From: Myxococcota bacterium
GTDB lineage: Bacteria > Myxococcota_A > UBA9160 > JAFDDA01
Reading direction: 5' to 3'
DNA length: 64,000 nt
Assembly (NCBI GenBank): GCA_965228475.1
Contig: OZ245817.1
Location: forward strand, 1,024,001-1,088,000
Below the pieces are notes generated by a model, which saw only the letters and a program-made list of their open reading frames with translations, was not told the origin of the DNA and did no database searches. Positions 20,653 to 29,532 of the stretch are shown here, one piece after another. Positions within the stretch are counted from its first letter, which is position 1. Every line of letters begins with the position of its first letter. Both the position numbers and the translations under genes were made by a program.

Positions 20653-23600
20653 CACTTCGCTTCCTCCGAGGCTTCCTCGGGAAGCCCGCGGCTTCGCACC
20701 AGGGCGAACAAGACCGGGATTACCACGAGGGTGAGCACGGTCGCCGAAACCAGGCCGCCCACCATGGGTGCCGCGATCCGGCGCATCGTCTCGGAACCGG
20801 TACCCGAGCCCCACATGATCGGGAGGAGCCCCACGATGGTGGACGTGACGGTCATCATGATCGGCCGGACGCGGAGACCGGCTCCCTCGCGAACGGCCGC
20901 CAGGAGGTCCTTCCGACTTCGCAGGCGGTCTTCGCGCTCAAAGCGTGAGACGGCTTCCTCGAGGAACACCAGCAAAATGACGCCAAGCTCAGCCGAGACG
21001 CCCGCCAGTGCGATGAACCCGACGCCCACGGCAACGCTCAGGTCGTAGTCGAGCGCCCAGAGAAGCCACACGCCGCCCACGAGCCCGAATGGGAGCGTGA
21101 GCATCACGATGAGCGTGTCTGAGAGCCTTCGAAAGTTGAGGTACAGGAGCAGGAAGATGATGCCCAGCGTGATCGGCACGACGATCCGCAGCCGCTCGGC
21201 TGCGCGCTCCATGTACTCGTACTGTCCGCTCCAGACGAGGCTGTAGCCCGCCGGCATCGAGAGCTCACTGGCCAAGGTCTTCTTGGCACGGTTGACCCAC
21301 GTTCCCACGTCGACGCCGGCGAGGTCGACGTAGATCCACGCGTTGAGACGCGCATTCTCGCTCTTGATCGAGGGCGGACCCTTCCGGATCTGGATGTCCG
21401 CAAGCTGGTGGAGCGGGATCTGGGCCCCCGTCGGCGTCGGGACGAGAACGCGCCGCAGCATGGAGAGGTTGTCGCGCAGCTCCCGCGAGTAGCGCAGGTT
21501 CACGGGATAGCGCTCGAGGCCTTCGACCGTGAAGGTGACGTTGCGCCCGCCAATGGCCGACTGGATCACGTCCTGGACGTCGCTCACCGAGAGCCCATAG
21601 CGCGCGATCTCACGGCGATCGATGTCGTAGTCGAGGTAGTTGCCGCCGACCACCCGCTCGGCGTAGACGCTGAGGGTGCCGGGCTCGCTCCGAAGAATGG
21701 CTTCGATCTCGGCCCCGAGCTTCTCGAGGACCTCGAGGTCGGGACCGGCGACCTTGATGCCGACGGGCGTCTTGATACCAGTCGAGAGCATGTCGATCCG
21801 CGTCTTGATCGGCATCGTCCACGCATTCGTCACGCCAGGTAGCCGGACCGCCTGATCGAGCTCGTCGATCAGCTTCTGGACCGTCATTCCGGGCCGCCAT
21901 TCTTCCGGCGGCTTCAACGTGATCGTCGTCTCGATCATGGAGAGAGGCGCCGGGTCGGTCGCCGTCTCGGCCCGACCGATCTTCCCGAACACGTGATGCA
22001 CTTCGGGAAACTGCCGGATCATCCGGTCGGTCTGCTGGAGGATCTCGCGCGCCTTGGTGATCGAGATCCCCGGCAGCGTGGTCGGCATGTAGAGCAGGTC
22101 GCCCTCGTTGAGCGGCGGCATGAACTCGGAGCCCAGCTGTCGCAACGGCACGAGGGTGACGATCAGAACGGCCAGCGCGCCCGCGAGCACGACCAGCTTC
22201 CGCCGAAGCACGAAGCGGATCACGGGCGCATAGAGCCAGAGCAGAAACCGGTTCAGCGGGTTCCGGTGCTCGGGGACGATCCGTCCCCGGATGAACCAGA
22301 CCATCAGCAGGGGCACGATCGTGATCGCCAGGAACGCGGCGCCTGCCATGGCGTAGGTCTTGGTGAAGGCGAGCGGCGAGAAGAGCCGTCCCTCCTGAGC
22401 CTGGAGGCTGAAGACCGGCAGGAAGGAGACTGTGATGATCAGCAGCGAGAAGAAGAGAGACGGGCCGACTTCCGTCGCTGCGTCGATCAGGATCTCGGTG
22501 CGCGGCTTCTTGCCTTCGTCGCGTTCGAGATGCTTGTGGGCATTCTCGACCATCACCACCGCCGCATCGACCATCGCTCCGATGGCGATCGCGATTCCAC
22601 CGAGCGACATGATGTTGGCGTTGAGACCCTGGTGGTACATCACGATGAAGGAGACGAGGATGCCCAACGGGAGTGTCAGGATTGCGACGAACGCGCTTCG
22701 GAGATGGACGAGGAAAAGTACGCAGACGAGGGCCACGATGGCGACCTCTTCGAGCAACTTCTCCTGAAGGTTGTCCACGGCTCGTTCGATCAGCGTCGAT
22801 CGGTCGTAGACTTCGACGATCTCGACGCCTTCCGGAAGGCCCGCCTTGAGTGTCTCGAGCTTCGCCTTGACGTTGCGGATGACGTCGAGCGCATTTTCGC
22901 CGAAGCGCATCACGACGATCCCAGAGGCAACTTCGCCTTCGCCGTTCAGATCCGTCAGGCCGCGCCGGAGCTCAGGCCCCATGTGGACGTGGGCCACATC
23001 GCGAATGAGCACCGGCGTCCCGCGCCCGTCCGTCCCGATTGCAATCTGTTCCAGATCCTCGACGGACTCGACGTAGCCGCGCCCTCGGACCATGAACTCC
23101 GTCTCGGCCATCTCGATCAGACGGCCGCCGACGTCGTTGTTGCCGCGTTGGATCGCGCGGTGGACCTGCGAGAGGGGGATCCCATAGGCCGACAGCGCAT
23201 TCGGATCCGCTTCGACCTGGTACTGACGGACGAAGCCGCCGAGTGACGCGACCTCGGAGACGCCGGGAACGGTCTGGAGCTCGTAGCGGAGGTACCAGTC
23301 CTGGATCGAGCGCAGGTCCGCAAGATCCCGCTCGCCGGTCCGGTCGACGAGGGCGTACTGGTAGACCCATCCGACGCCAGTCGCATCGGGCCCGAGAGTG
23401 GGGGTTATTCCTGGCGGCAGGCGGCCCGAGACGAAGTTCAGATACTCGAGCACCCGCGACCGCGCCCAGTACAGATCGGTTCCGTCCTCGAAGATCACGT
23501 AGACGAACGAGAATCCGAAGAATGAGTACCCGCGCACGATCTTGGCGAACGGGACGGCCAGCATCGCCGTAGTGAGCGGGTAGGTGACCTGGTCCTCGAC

Positions 23601-23780
23601 CACCTGCGGAGCCTGGCCCGGGAACTCAGTAAAGACGATCACCTGGACGTCGGACAGGTCAGGGATCGCGTCGAGTGGCATGTTGACGGTGGCATACCCA
23701 CCCCACAGGATCAGGCCGACGGTCGCGAGACCGACGAGCAGCGGGTTCCGCGCCGAGGCGGCGATGATCCGTCTCAGCAT
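20652..23780 (-). CDS. cusA: CusA/SilA family heavy-metal RND permease
   Basis: LDAIPDLSDVQVI, GPDATGVGWV, EFMPPLNEG, DPAPLSMIET, MPIKTRIDML (Cu/Ag Met triad context), AMVDAAVVMVEN. Confidence 0.96.
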   Translation of the reverse strand: MLRRIIAASARNPLLVGLATVGLILWGGYATVNMPLDAIPDLSDVQVIVFTEFPGQAPQVVEDQVTYPLTTAMLAVPFAKIVRGYSFFGFSFVYVIFEDGTDLYWARSRVLEYLNFVSGRLPPGITPTLGPDATGVGWVYQYALVDRTGERDLADLRSIQDWYLRYELQTVPGVSEVASLGGFVRQYQVEADPNALSAYGIPLSQVHRAIQRGNNDVGGRLIEMAETEFMVRGRGYVESVEDLEQIAIGTDGRGTPVLIRDVAHVHMGPELRRGLTDLNGEGEVASGIVVMRFGENALDVIRNVKAKLETLKAGLPEGVEIVEVYDRSTLIERAVDNLQEKLLEEVAIVALVCVLFLVHLRSAFVAILTLPLGILVSFIVMYHQGLNANIMSLGGIAIAIGAMVDAAVVMVENAHKHLERDEGKKPRTEILIDAATEVGPSLFFSLLIITVSFLPVFSLQAQEGRLFSPLAFTKTYAMAGAAFLAITIVPLLMVWFIRGRIVPEHRNPLNRFLLWLYAPVIRFVLRRKLVVLAGALAVLIVTLVPLRQLGSEFMPPLNEGDLLYMPTTLPGISITKAREILQQTDRMIRQFPEVHHVFGKIGRAETATDPAPLSMIETTITLKPPEEWRPGMTVQKLIDELDQAVRLPGVTNAWTMPIKTRIDMLSTGIKTPVGIKVAGPDLEVLEKLGAEIEAILRSEPGTLSVYAERVVGGNYLDYDIDRREIARYGLSVSDVQDVIQSAIGGRNVTFTVEGLERYPVNLRYSRELRDNLSMLRRVLVPTPTGAQIPLHQLADIQIRKGPPSIKSENARLNAWIYVDLAGVDVGTWVNRAKKTLASELSMPAGYSLVWSGQYEYMERAAERLRIVVPITLGIIFLLLYLNFRRLSDTLIVMLTLPFGLVGGVWLLWALDYDLSVAVGVGFIALAGVSAELGVILLVFLEEAVSRFEREDRLRSRKDLLAAVREGAGLRVRPIMMTVTSTIVGLLPIMWGSGTGSETMRRIAAPMVGGLVSATVLTLVVIPVLFALVRSRGLPEEASEEAK

Positions 23781-23783
23781 CCG

Positions 23784-25469
23784 TTACTCCTGCGTGTGCC
23801 CGGCACGAGGATCGGACGCGTCGTGCCCAGCGTGCGGATCCTTGCTCTCGGGCATCGGCATCTGGTGTCCGGCATGCGGGTCGGGCATCTCGTGCCCCGC
23901 GTGAAGATCGGCTTCCTCGGGCATGGGCATGGTGTGTCCCGTGTGGGGGTCTTCGGCGTCGGGCATCGCGTGTCCCGCGTGGGGATCCTTGGCGTCGGGC
24001 ATCCCGTGTCCCGCGTGGGGATCTTTGGCGTCGGGCATCCCGTGTGCCGCGTGGGAATCTTTGGCGTCGGGCATCACGTGCCCCGCGTGGGGATCCGCTT
24101 TGTCGGGCATGGGCATGGTATGCCCCGCATGAGGGTCGCTCTGCTCGGCGGACGGCATGTCGTGCCCGGCATGCTCTTCGCCCGACGACTCCGGGCTTGC
24201 GAGCATCTTCTGAACGGCTTCCTGGAGACGGCTCTCGCTGTCGATGAGGAACTGACCCGAGGTCACGATCCGCTCGCCTTCGGCGAGCCCCTCGGTCACC
24301 TCGATCCAGCCGTCGCCTGCGTCGATGCCGAGCCGGACGTTCCGTGGTTCGAACCGTCCCTCGCCGGCCGAAACAATCGCAAGCATCCGCTGTCCCGAGC
24401 GCAGGATCGCCTCCTCCGGCACCGCCAGAACATCCTCCTGGACCTTCGTGTCGATGGTCACGTTGGCGAACATGTCCGGCTTGAGAACGAGCCCTGGGTT
24501 CGGGAACTCGAGCCGGACGCGGGCCGTTCGGGTCTTGGGGTCGAGGAAGGGGTACACGTAGGTCACCTCGCCCTCGAAATCCTGGCCTGGGAGGTAACTG
24601 AGCTCTGCAATCCCGCGTTGGCCCACGGAGATCCACGGAAGCTCGTACTCGTAGACGTCGGCATAGACCCAGATGTGCGAGAGGTCTGCCACCGTGTAGA
24701 GGCGCATGTTCGGGTCGACTTCCATTCCTTCGCGCGCCATCAGGTCGACCACCACACCGGGCCCCGGTGCGTAGAGCGTCAGGTTCTTGCGCACCTTGCC
24801 GGTCTCGAGCAGCCGGCGGATGTCTCGCTCGGGGATGTCCCACAGCTCGAGGCGACGCTTGCTGGCCCGAAAGAGCGCCTCCCCGCTCTCCACGACGTCC
24901 TTGAAAGCACTCTTCGCGGTCGCGTCCCGGTAGCGGACGGCTTGAAGCAGCTCCTCCTGCGTCGATACGAGCTCAGGCGAGTAGATTTCCAGCATCGGCT
25001 GCCCGCGCTCGACCATCTCCCCTTCGTACTCGACATGGAGTTTCTCGATCCACCCTTGGATCTTCGTGTGGACGTGATCGACGCGCCGCTCGTCGTAGGC
25101 GACGCGCCCGACGGCGCGTACCCTGCGCGAGAGATCTCGGCGTTCCACCGGTGCCATGCGGACGCCCATGCTCTGAACCAGCGAGGGGTCGATGCGGACG
25201 CCCCCCCCGCCGACGGCGGATTCCTCGCCCGGGCAGACGGGCACGAGATCCATGCCCATGGGGCTCTTCCCGGGCTCGTCCCGCACGTAGGTCGGGTCCA
25301 TGGGCGCCTTCCAGTAGAGTGCCTCGGCGCCGCCGGGGCAGGGGCCTGATCCGCTCGACGCGGCAGTGGACTCGCCGCCAGCCGGCTCCCTTCGGCTCCC
25401 GGCCCACCAGCCGCCACCGGCGGCCACCGCAACCAAGGCGATCACAACGATCAGGTGTGCCGGTCTCAT
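23784..25469 (-). CDS. cusB: CusB family periplasmic adaptor with His/Met-rich repeat tail
   Basis: YWKAPMDP...PGKSPMGMDLVP metal motif, IYSPELVSTQEE, LKPDMF, SGQFLIDSES; ATGA overlap with the upstream gene. Confidence 0.93.
   Translation of the reverse strand: MRPAHLIVVIALVAVAAGGGWWAGSRREPAGGESTAASSGSGPCPGGAEALYWKAPMDPTYVRDEPGKSPMGMDLVPVCPGEESAVGGGGVRIDPSLVQSMGVRMAPVERRDLSRRVRAVGRVAYDERRVDHVHTKIQGWIEKLHVEYEGEMVERGQPMLEIYSPELVSTQEELLQAVRYRDATAKSAFKDVVESGEALFRASKRRLELWDIPERDIRRLLETGKVRKNLTLYAPGPGVVVDLMAREGMEVDPNMRLYTVADLSHIWVYADVYEYELPWISVGQRGIAELSYLPGQDFEGEVTYVYPFLDPKTRTARVRLEFPNPGLVLKPDMFANVTIDTKVQEDVLAVPEEAILRSGQRMLAIVSAGEGRFEPRNVRLGIDAGDGWIEVTEGLAEGERIVTSGQFLIDSESRLQEAVQKMLASPESSGEEHAGHDMPSAEQSDPHAGHTMPMPDKADPHAGHVMPDAKDSHAAHGMPDAKDPHAGHGMPDAKDPHAGHAMPDAEDPHTGHTMPMPEEADLHAGHEMPDPHAGHQMPMPESKDPHAGHDASDPRAGHTQE
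23787..24180 (-). repeat. Coding tandem repeat, about 11 copies of DPHAGHxMP-like units
   Basis: Units of 27-42 bp; central ones have 36-bp period (DPHAGHGMPDAK). Confidence 0.9.
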
Positions 25470-26779
25470 CGCAGCGGCGCCCCCAGGCTCGCCTCGAGCG
25501 CGGCGAAGGAGCTCCTTCGGTCGGCAGTCGCCCGCTCCAGTCGCAGCTGCGCGTTCAGCAGCCGCACCTGGCTGTCGATCAGGCTCAGGAAATCCACCTT
25601 GTCCACCTCGTAGCCGGCTCGGCTCGAGTCCAGCGATTGTCGGGCCTGCGGGAGAAGCCCGGTTTCGACCAGCATCACCTCCCGATCGGCTCGCTGCAAA
25701 TCTGCGTACCGCGCGCGCAGCGAGTCGCGGAGCTGCGCCCGCGCCTGCCGATACTCGGCGTGACTCCGACGGAGCAAGGCATCTCGCTCCGCAACCTGCG
25801 ATCGCCACTTCCGCCGGTTGACGGGGAGTCGCACGGTCACGTTCGCCCCGATGAAGTCGTCTCCATCGACGGGATCGCCCGACACCCGTTCTCGGACCCG
25901 GTAGCCGAACCCGAGATCGAAGTCCGGATAGCCTTCCAGGCGGGCTACTCGCTTTCGATGCTCCGCCTCTTCGGTCCGCGCCGCGTGCGCGCGAAGGCGC
26001 GGGCTGGTCGACTCGAGCCGGTCGAGCAGGACGGACAGGGACGGGAGGGCTGCCGTCTCACGCACGGGAGCCGTTCGGGGCAGGGGAATGGAGGGCGGCA
26101 GGTCCAGGAGGCTCGCGAGGCGTGCCTCGGCGGAGCGTATCGCTGCTTCACGCATCAGCTGCTCGTCCAGCAGCTCCGTGAGCGTCACCTGTGCCCGCAT
26201 CACGTCCTGCTGCAGACCTTCGCCGACCTGGTACTTGGCTTCTGCGATCTTCGCGAGCTGCCTCAGCAGGCCGACGTTCTCGATGGTGACGTCGAGCGCC
26301 CGCTGGGCGAAGCCGAGCTCGACCCACGCGCGTTCGACCGCGGCGCGGATCCGCTGGGACTGGTCTCCGAGATCCTCCACGGCGGCGTCGGCTGCCGAAC
26401 GCGCGGCATCACGCTGCCGGCCGAGCAGCCCGGGGAACGGGAGCCGCTGGCTGAGCCCGAGCTGCTGGCCCGAGAGAGGCGTTGAATCGAGGTCCAGGTC
26501 GCCGGTGGGGACGTTGCTCAGCTCGTAGCGAAAGCGCGGGTCGGGAAGCGCGCCTGCCGGGTACACGCGTTCCGTTGCCGCCTCCGCTGCCGTTCGGGCA
26601 ACCTCGAGGGTTGGGTTGGTCGCTTCGGCTCGCTCCAAACACCACTCGAGCGGGAGGGGCTCGGGCGGCACTTCGGCAGCGCCTCTCGTTGCTGCGAGCG
26701 TCCCCATCACGAGAGCGATCACGATCTGACATCGGCTCGCCCAGAACGCCACCGGGCGTCCTCCTCGATCTCTCCTCAT
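25466..26779 (-). CDS. TolC-family outer membrane factor (CusC role)
   Basis: AGALPDP, SQRLPFPG, AKYQVGEG, AGYEVDKVDFLSLIDSQ; upstream of cusBA; start uncertain. Confidence 0.9.
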   Translation of the reverse strand: MRRDRGGRPVAFWASRCQIVIALVMGTLAATRGAAEVPPEPLPLEWCLERAEATNPTLEVARTAAEAATERVYPAGALPDPRFRYELSNVPTGDLDLDSTPLSGQQLGLSQRLPFPGLLGRQRDAARSAADAAVEDLGDQSQRIRAAVERAWVELGFAQRALDVTIENVGLLRQLAKIAEAKYQVGEGLQQDVMRAQVTLTELLDEQLMREAAIRSAEARLASLLDLPPSIPLPRTAPVRETAALPSLSVLLDRLESTSPRLRAHAARTEEAEHRKRVARLEGYPDFDLGFGYRVRERVSGDPVDGDDFIGANVTVRLPVNRRKWRSQVAERDALLRRSHAEYRQARAQLRDSLRARYADLQRADREVMLVETGLLPQARQSLDSSRAGYEVDKVDFLSLIDSQVRLLNAQLRLERATADRRSSFAALEASLGAPLR

Positions 26780-26830
26780 TCCACTTTCTCCTCGGCTGCC
26801 ATGGCTCCCCGCTCGGATGCGCGGGAGGCC

Positions 26831-27142
26831 TCAGGCCGGCAGCTTGAAGTGGAGAGAATCGAGGTTCGAGGCCCTCTCTTCCAGTCGCGATGTCTGGGGC
26901 TGGGAATGGCCAGCGTGGTCGAACTCGCCGGCGCGGTGATAACGGAGCCAGAAGAAGGTCGTGCAGATGGCCGTCGCGGTCGCACCGACTACGAGGATCC
27001 AACCCGCTGCTCGGAGGAGGCTCGCCGAGCGCTCGCGACCCACGTGCAGGAGCACGAGGCCTGCCGCCACCAGGCCCAACTCGGCCAGGAAGGCAATGTC
27101 GCCCAGGAACTGCGCCAACGGGTTCTCCTTTCTGCCGGTCAC
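26831..27142 (-). CDS. Small two-helix membrane protein
   Basis: Two hydrophobic segments; first ORF after the promoter motif at 27182-27158. Confidence 0.6.
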   Translation of the reverse strand: MTGRKENPLAQFLGDIAFLAELGLVAAGLVLLHVGRERSASLLRAAGWILVVGATATAICTTFFWLRYHRAGEFDHAGHSQPQTSRLEERASNLDSLHFKLPA

Positions 27143-27157
27143 CCAGCACCCGTCTAA

Positions 27158-27214
27158 TACGGAGCGGGGGAGCGGCCGTGACGCGGCCCGTCACGCCAGC
27201 CGCCGCTTCGCGTA
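27158..27214. promoter_or_regulatory. Back-to-back ECF-type promoter motifs
   Basis: Minus GTCACG-N15-CGTA (27182-27158) and plus GTCACG-N15-CGTA (27190-27214). Confidence 0.8.
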
Positions 27215-27250
27215 GTACCGGGCAGGGCGGTGGTGGGAGGAGAACGCGGC

Positions 27251-27481
27251 ATGGAAGAACCCGAACGGGCCTATGTGCCTCAGGAGCCCTCGACGGGTCT
27301 TGGAGCGTCGGGACGCTTGGCCTTCGCCGTCTTCGCGTTGGCGGCCGCCTACTTCCTGTGGACCGAGCACCGCGCCCACGTGATCGAGTTTCTCCCCTGG
27401 GGGATCCTTGCGCTGTGCCCGCTGATGCACGTGTTCATGCACCGTGGCCATGGTGGCCACCGCGGGGGCGGTGCGTCGTGA
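27251..27481 (+). CDS. DUF2933 family small membrane protein
   Basis: AAYFLWTEHRAHV...LALCPLMHVFMHRGHGGH; GGAGGAG RBS. Confidence 0.85.
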   Translation: MEEPERAYVPQEPSTGLGASGRLAFAVFALAAAYFLWTEHRAHVIEFLPWGILALCPLMHVFMHRGHGGHRGGGAS

Positions 27482-28137
27482 GTCATGGGTCCGACTACGG
27501 CCTCTGGTCGCTCGTCCTGATCAACTCGGCTGTCTTCATCCTGTTCGCCTTCAGCTTTGCCAAGCCGCAGACCACGCGGGACTGGCGGTCGTTTGGGGCG
27601 TTCTCGGCGTTCCTGGTGGCGCTGTTCGCCGAGATGTATGGCTTCCCGCTAACGATCTATCTCCTTTCGGGCTGGCTCGGCCGGCGGTTTCCGGAGACCG
27701 ATCTCTTCTCGCACGAGTCGGGCCACCTGTGGCACACGCTCTTCGGCTGGGAGGGCGACCCCCATCTCGATCCCTTCCACATCGTGAGCTACGCGCTGAT
27801 CGGCGGGGGCTTCTGGCTACTCTCGATCTCCTGGCCGGTCCTCTACCGGGCGCAGAGGGAGGGTCGCCTGGCGACCACGGGCCCGTACGCCCGAGTGCGC
27901 CATCCGCAGTATCTGGGCTTCATCGCGATCCTCGCGGGCTTCCTCTTTCAGTGGCCGACGCTGATCACGCTGGCGATGTTCCCGGTTCTCGTCTTCATGT
28001 ACGTGCGCCTGGCTCTTCGCGAGGAGCGAGAGGCCACGGCCGAGTTCGGTCAGGAATACGAAGCGTACGCCCAACGCACGCCGCGCTGGATCCCGGCCTT
28101 CTCGCGCACCTCTCGGGCCGAGAGCCCGGCCTCATGA
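27478..28137 (+). CDS. Isoprenylcysteine carboxyl methyltransferase family membrane protein
   Basis: ALFAEMYGFPLTIY, LATTGPYARVRHPQY, REE...FG..Y..Y; GTGA overlap with the DUF2933 gene. Confidence 0.88.
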   Translation: MSHGSDYGLWSLVLINSAVFILFAFSFAKPQTTRDWRSFGAFSAFLVALFAEMYGFPLTIYLLSGWLGRRFPETDLFSHESGHLWHTLFGWEGDPHLDPFHIVSYALIGGGFWLLSISWPVLYRAQREGRLATTGPYARVRHPQYLGFIAILAGFLFQWPTLITLAMFPVLVFMYVRLALREEREATAEFGQEYEAYAQRTPRWIPAFSRTSRAESPAS

Positions 28138-28147
28138 GGCATCCGGT

Positions 28148-28972
28148 GTGCGATCGATCGGCGGTGGGACGTCTGCACCGGGGGCGTTCGAGGTTGGACC
28201 GATGATGACCCCGAAGACCGCGTCTCTCGCACCCTGGCAGCGCGTCGTCAAGGCGTTCGCACGTCCGCTGGTCCGCCGCGCGACCCGAGAGATCCTGCAG
28301 GGGCGACTGCTCGATCCGGAAGACGCCAGCCGAGGGCGCTGGCTCCGCTCGGACGTCCGAGCGTTTCGCGGCGCCACTTGGCAGCGAGTCGACGAACTCC
28401 TGCCCAGGGCCGGCCTGGACCGGCTCCCCACCTGGGGAAGCCGGCTGAACGTTTTCATGGCGGTCGTCACGACCGCGGCCTACCAGGAGATGCTCGACCG
28501 TGGCATCTCCCGCGACTACGCCGCGACGCTCGTCGGCGACGTCGGCTGGAAGATCTACGCGTGGATGCTCACGGCATCGGCGATTCCTGCCCGTCTGCTG
28601 ACCCGATCGCCGGAGCGGCGGCTGCGCTGGACGCTCGACCTGCTGATGTGGTTCCCGTTCAGCGCGCCGGGTGCGCCGGCCTACGAGGTCCGGGCCTGGA
28701 ACGACGGCGAGAGGGTCTTCACCTATTGGACCCATTGCCCGCCCCAAACCTTCGTACGCTCGCTGGTGGACGCTGGCAACGACCGCGGCGAGCTCGACGC
28801 TTTCTTTCGTTCCTGGTGTCTATACGACTGGGCCGGAGCCGACCTCCTCGTTGGCGATGGCGAGCGCGGGCACTACGAACGGCCGCGCACTCTCTCTCGC
28901 GGGGACGACGTGTGCGACATGTGCTGGTGGGCTCGTCGATGCGCCGACAGAGGCGTCGAGACGACCGATTGA
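28148..28972 (+). CDS. Hypothetical protein, ATC-hydrolase-like C-terminal Cys pattern
   Basis: HCPP...WCLYD...RPRTLSRGDDVCD; true start may be ATG 28202. Confidence 0.6.
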   Translation: MRSIGGGTSAPGAFEVGPMMTPKTASLAPWQRVVKAFARPLVRRATREILQGRLLDPEDASRGRWLRSDVRAFRGATWQRVDELLPRAGLDRLPTWGSRLNVFMAVVTTAAYQEMLDRGISRDYAATLVGDVGWKIYAWMLTASAIPARLLTRSPERRLRWTLDLLMWFPFSAPGAPAYEVRAWNDGERVFTYWTHCPPQTFVRSLVDAGNDRGELDAFFRSWCLYDWAGADLLVGDGERGHYERPRTLSRGDDVCDMCWWARRCADRGVETTD

Positions 28973-29003
28973 ACCTAGCCTCTTGCGGCAGAAGGGAATC
29001 ACC

Positions 29004-29345
29004 ATGATGAGGAATGCGATCGTACTGGCCGTGGGCCTGATGCTGGCCCTCGGCGGGCCCTCGGCGTTGGCTGAGATGGACCACTCGGGGCACGGCTCGA
29101 GCTCCGCAAAGAAGATGGACCACGGGTCGATGGGACACGGTGGGATGTCCCACGGCAAGGGCGTGCACGCGATGCACACCCAGATGCAGGCCCTCCACGA
29201 CCACTCGAAGATGATGGAAGAGATGAAGGATGGCGCCGCGCTCCGGGAGGAGATGAAGAAGCACATGCGGATGATGGACGAAATGATGGAGATGATGATG
29301 CAACACACCATGAAGCTGGGAGCCAGCGGCCAGCCGGGCTCCTGA
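29004..29345 (+). CDS. Secreted Met/His-rich small protein
   Basis: Signal peptide ending ALA-EMDH; MDHGSMGHGGMSH and HMRMMDEMMEMMMQH. Confidence 0.8.
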   Translation: MMRNAIVLAVGLMLALGGPSALAEMDHSGHGSSSAKKMDHGSMGHGGMSHGKGVHAMHTQMQALHDHSKMMEEMKDGAALREEMKKHMRMMDEMMEMMMQHTMKLGASGQPGS

Positions 29346-29532
29346 GTAACCCGACCGGAATCGCGGATCAACGCGACGGAAGGGCCGGTCGAGCGTCGAT
29401 TGTAGAATCGAGCAGACGAGGCCGGCGGTCGGATGGAGCGAGCGACCTCACGCGCCGACGGTCCAGGAGCAGCCTGGCGCGTGGCTTGCACCAAGAGTGC
29501 TCGTTCGATGACTTGAGCGAAAGTAGGGAGAG

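Noticed and set aside
23787..24180. 36-bp periodic repeats as a CRISPR array
   Set aside because: In-frame coding repeats with no unique spacers and no cas genes.
29346..29370. GTAACC upstream of the multicopper oxidase as a regulon promoter
   Set aside because: No CGTA at the 15-bp spacing.
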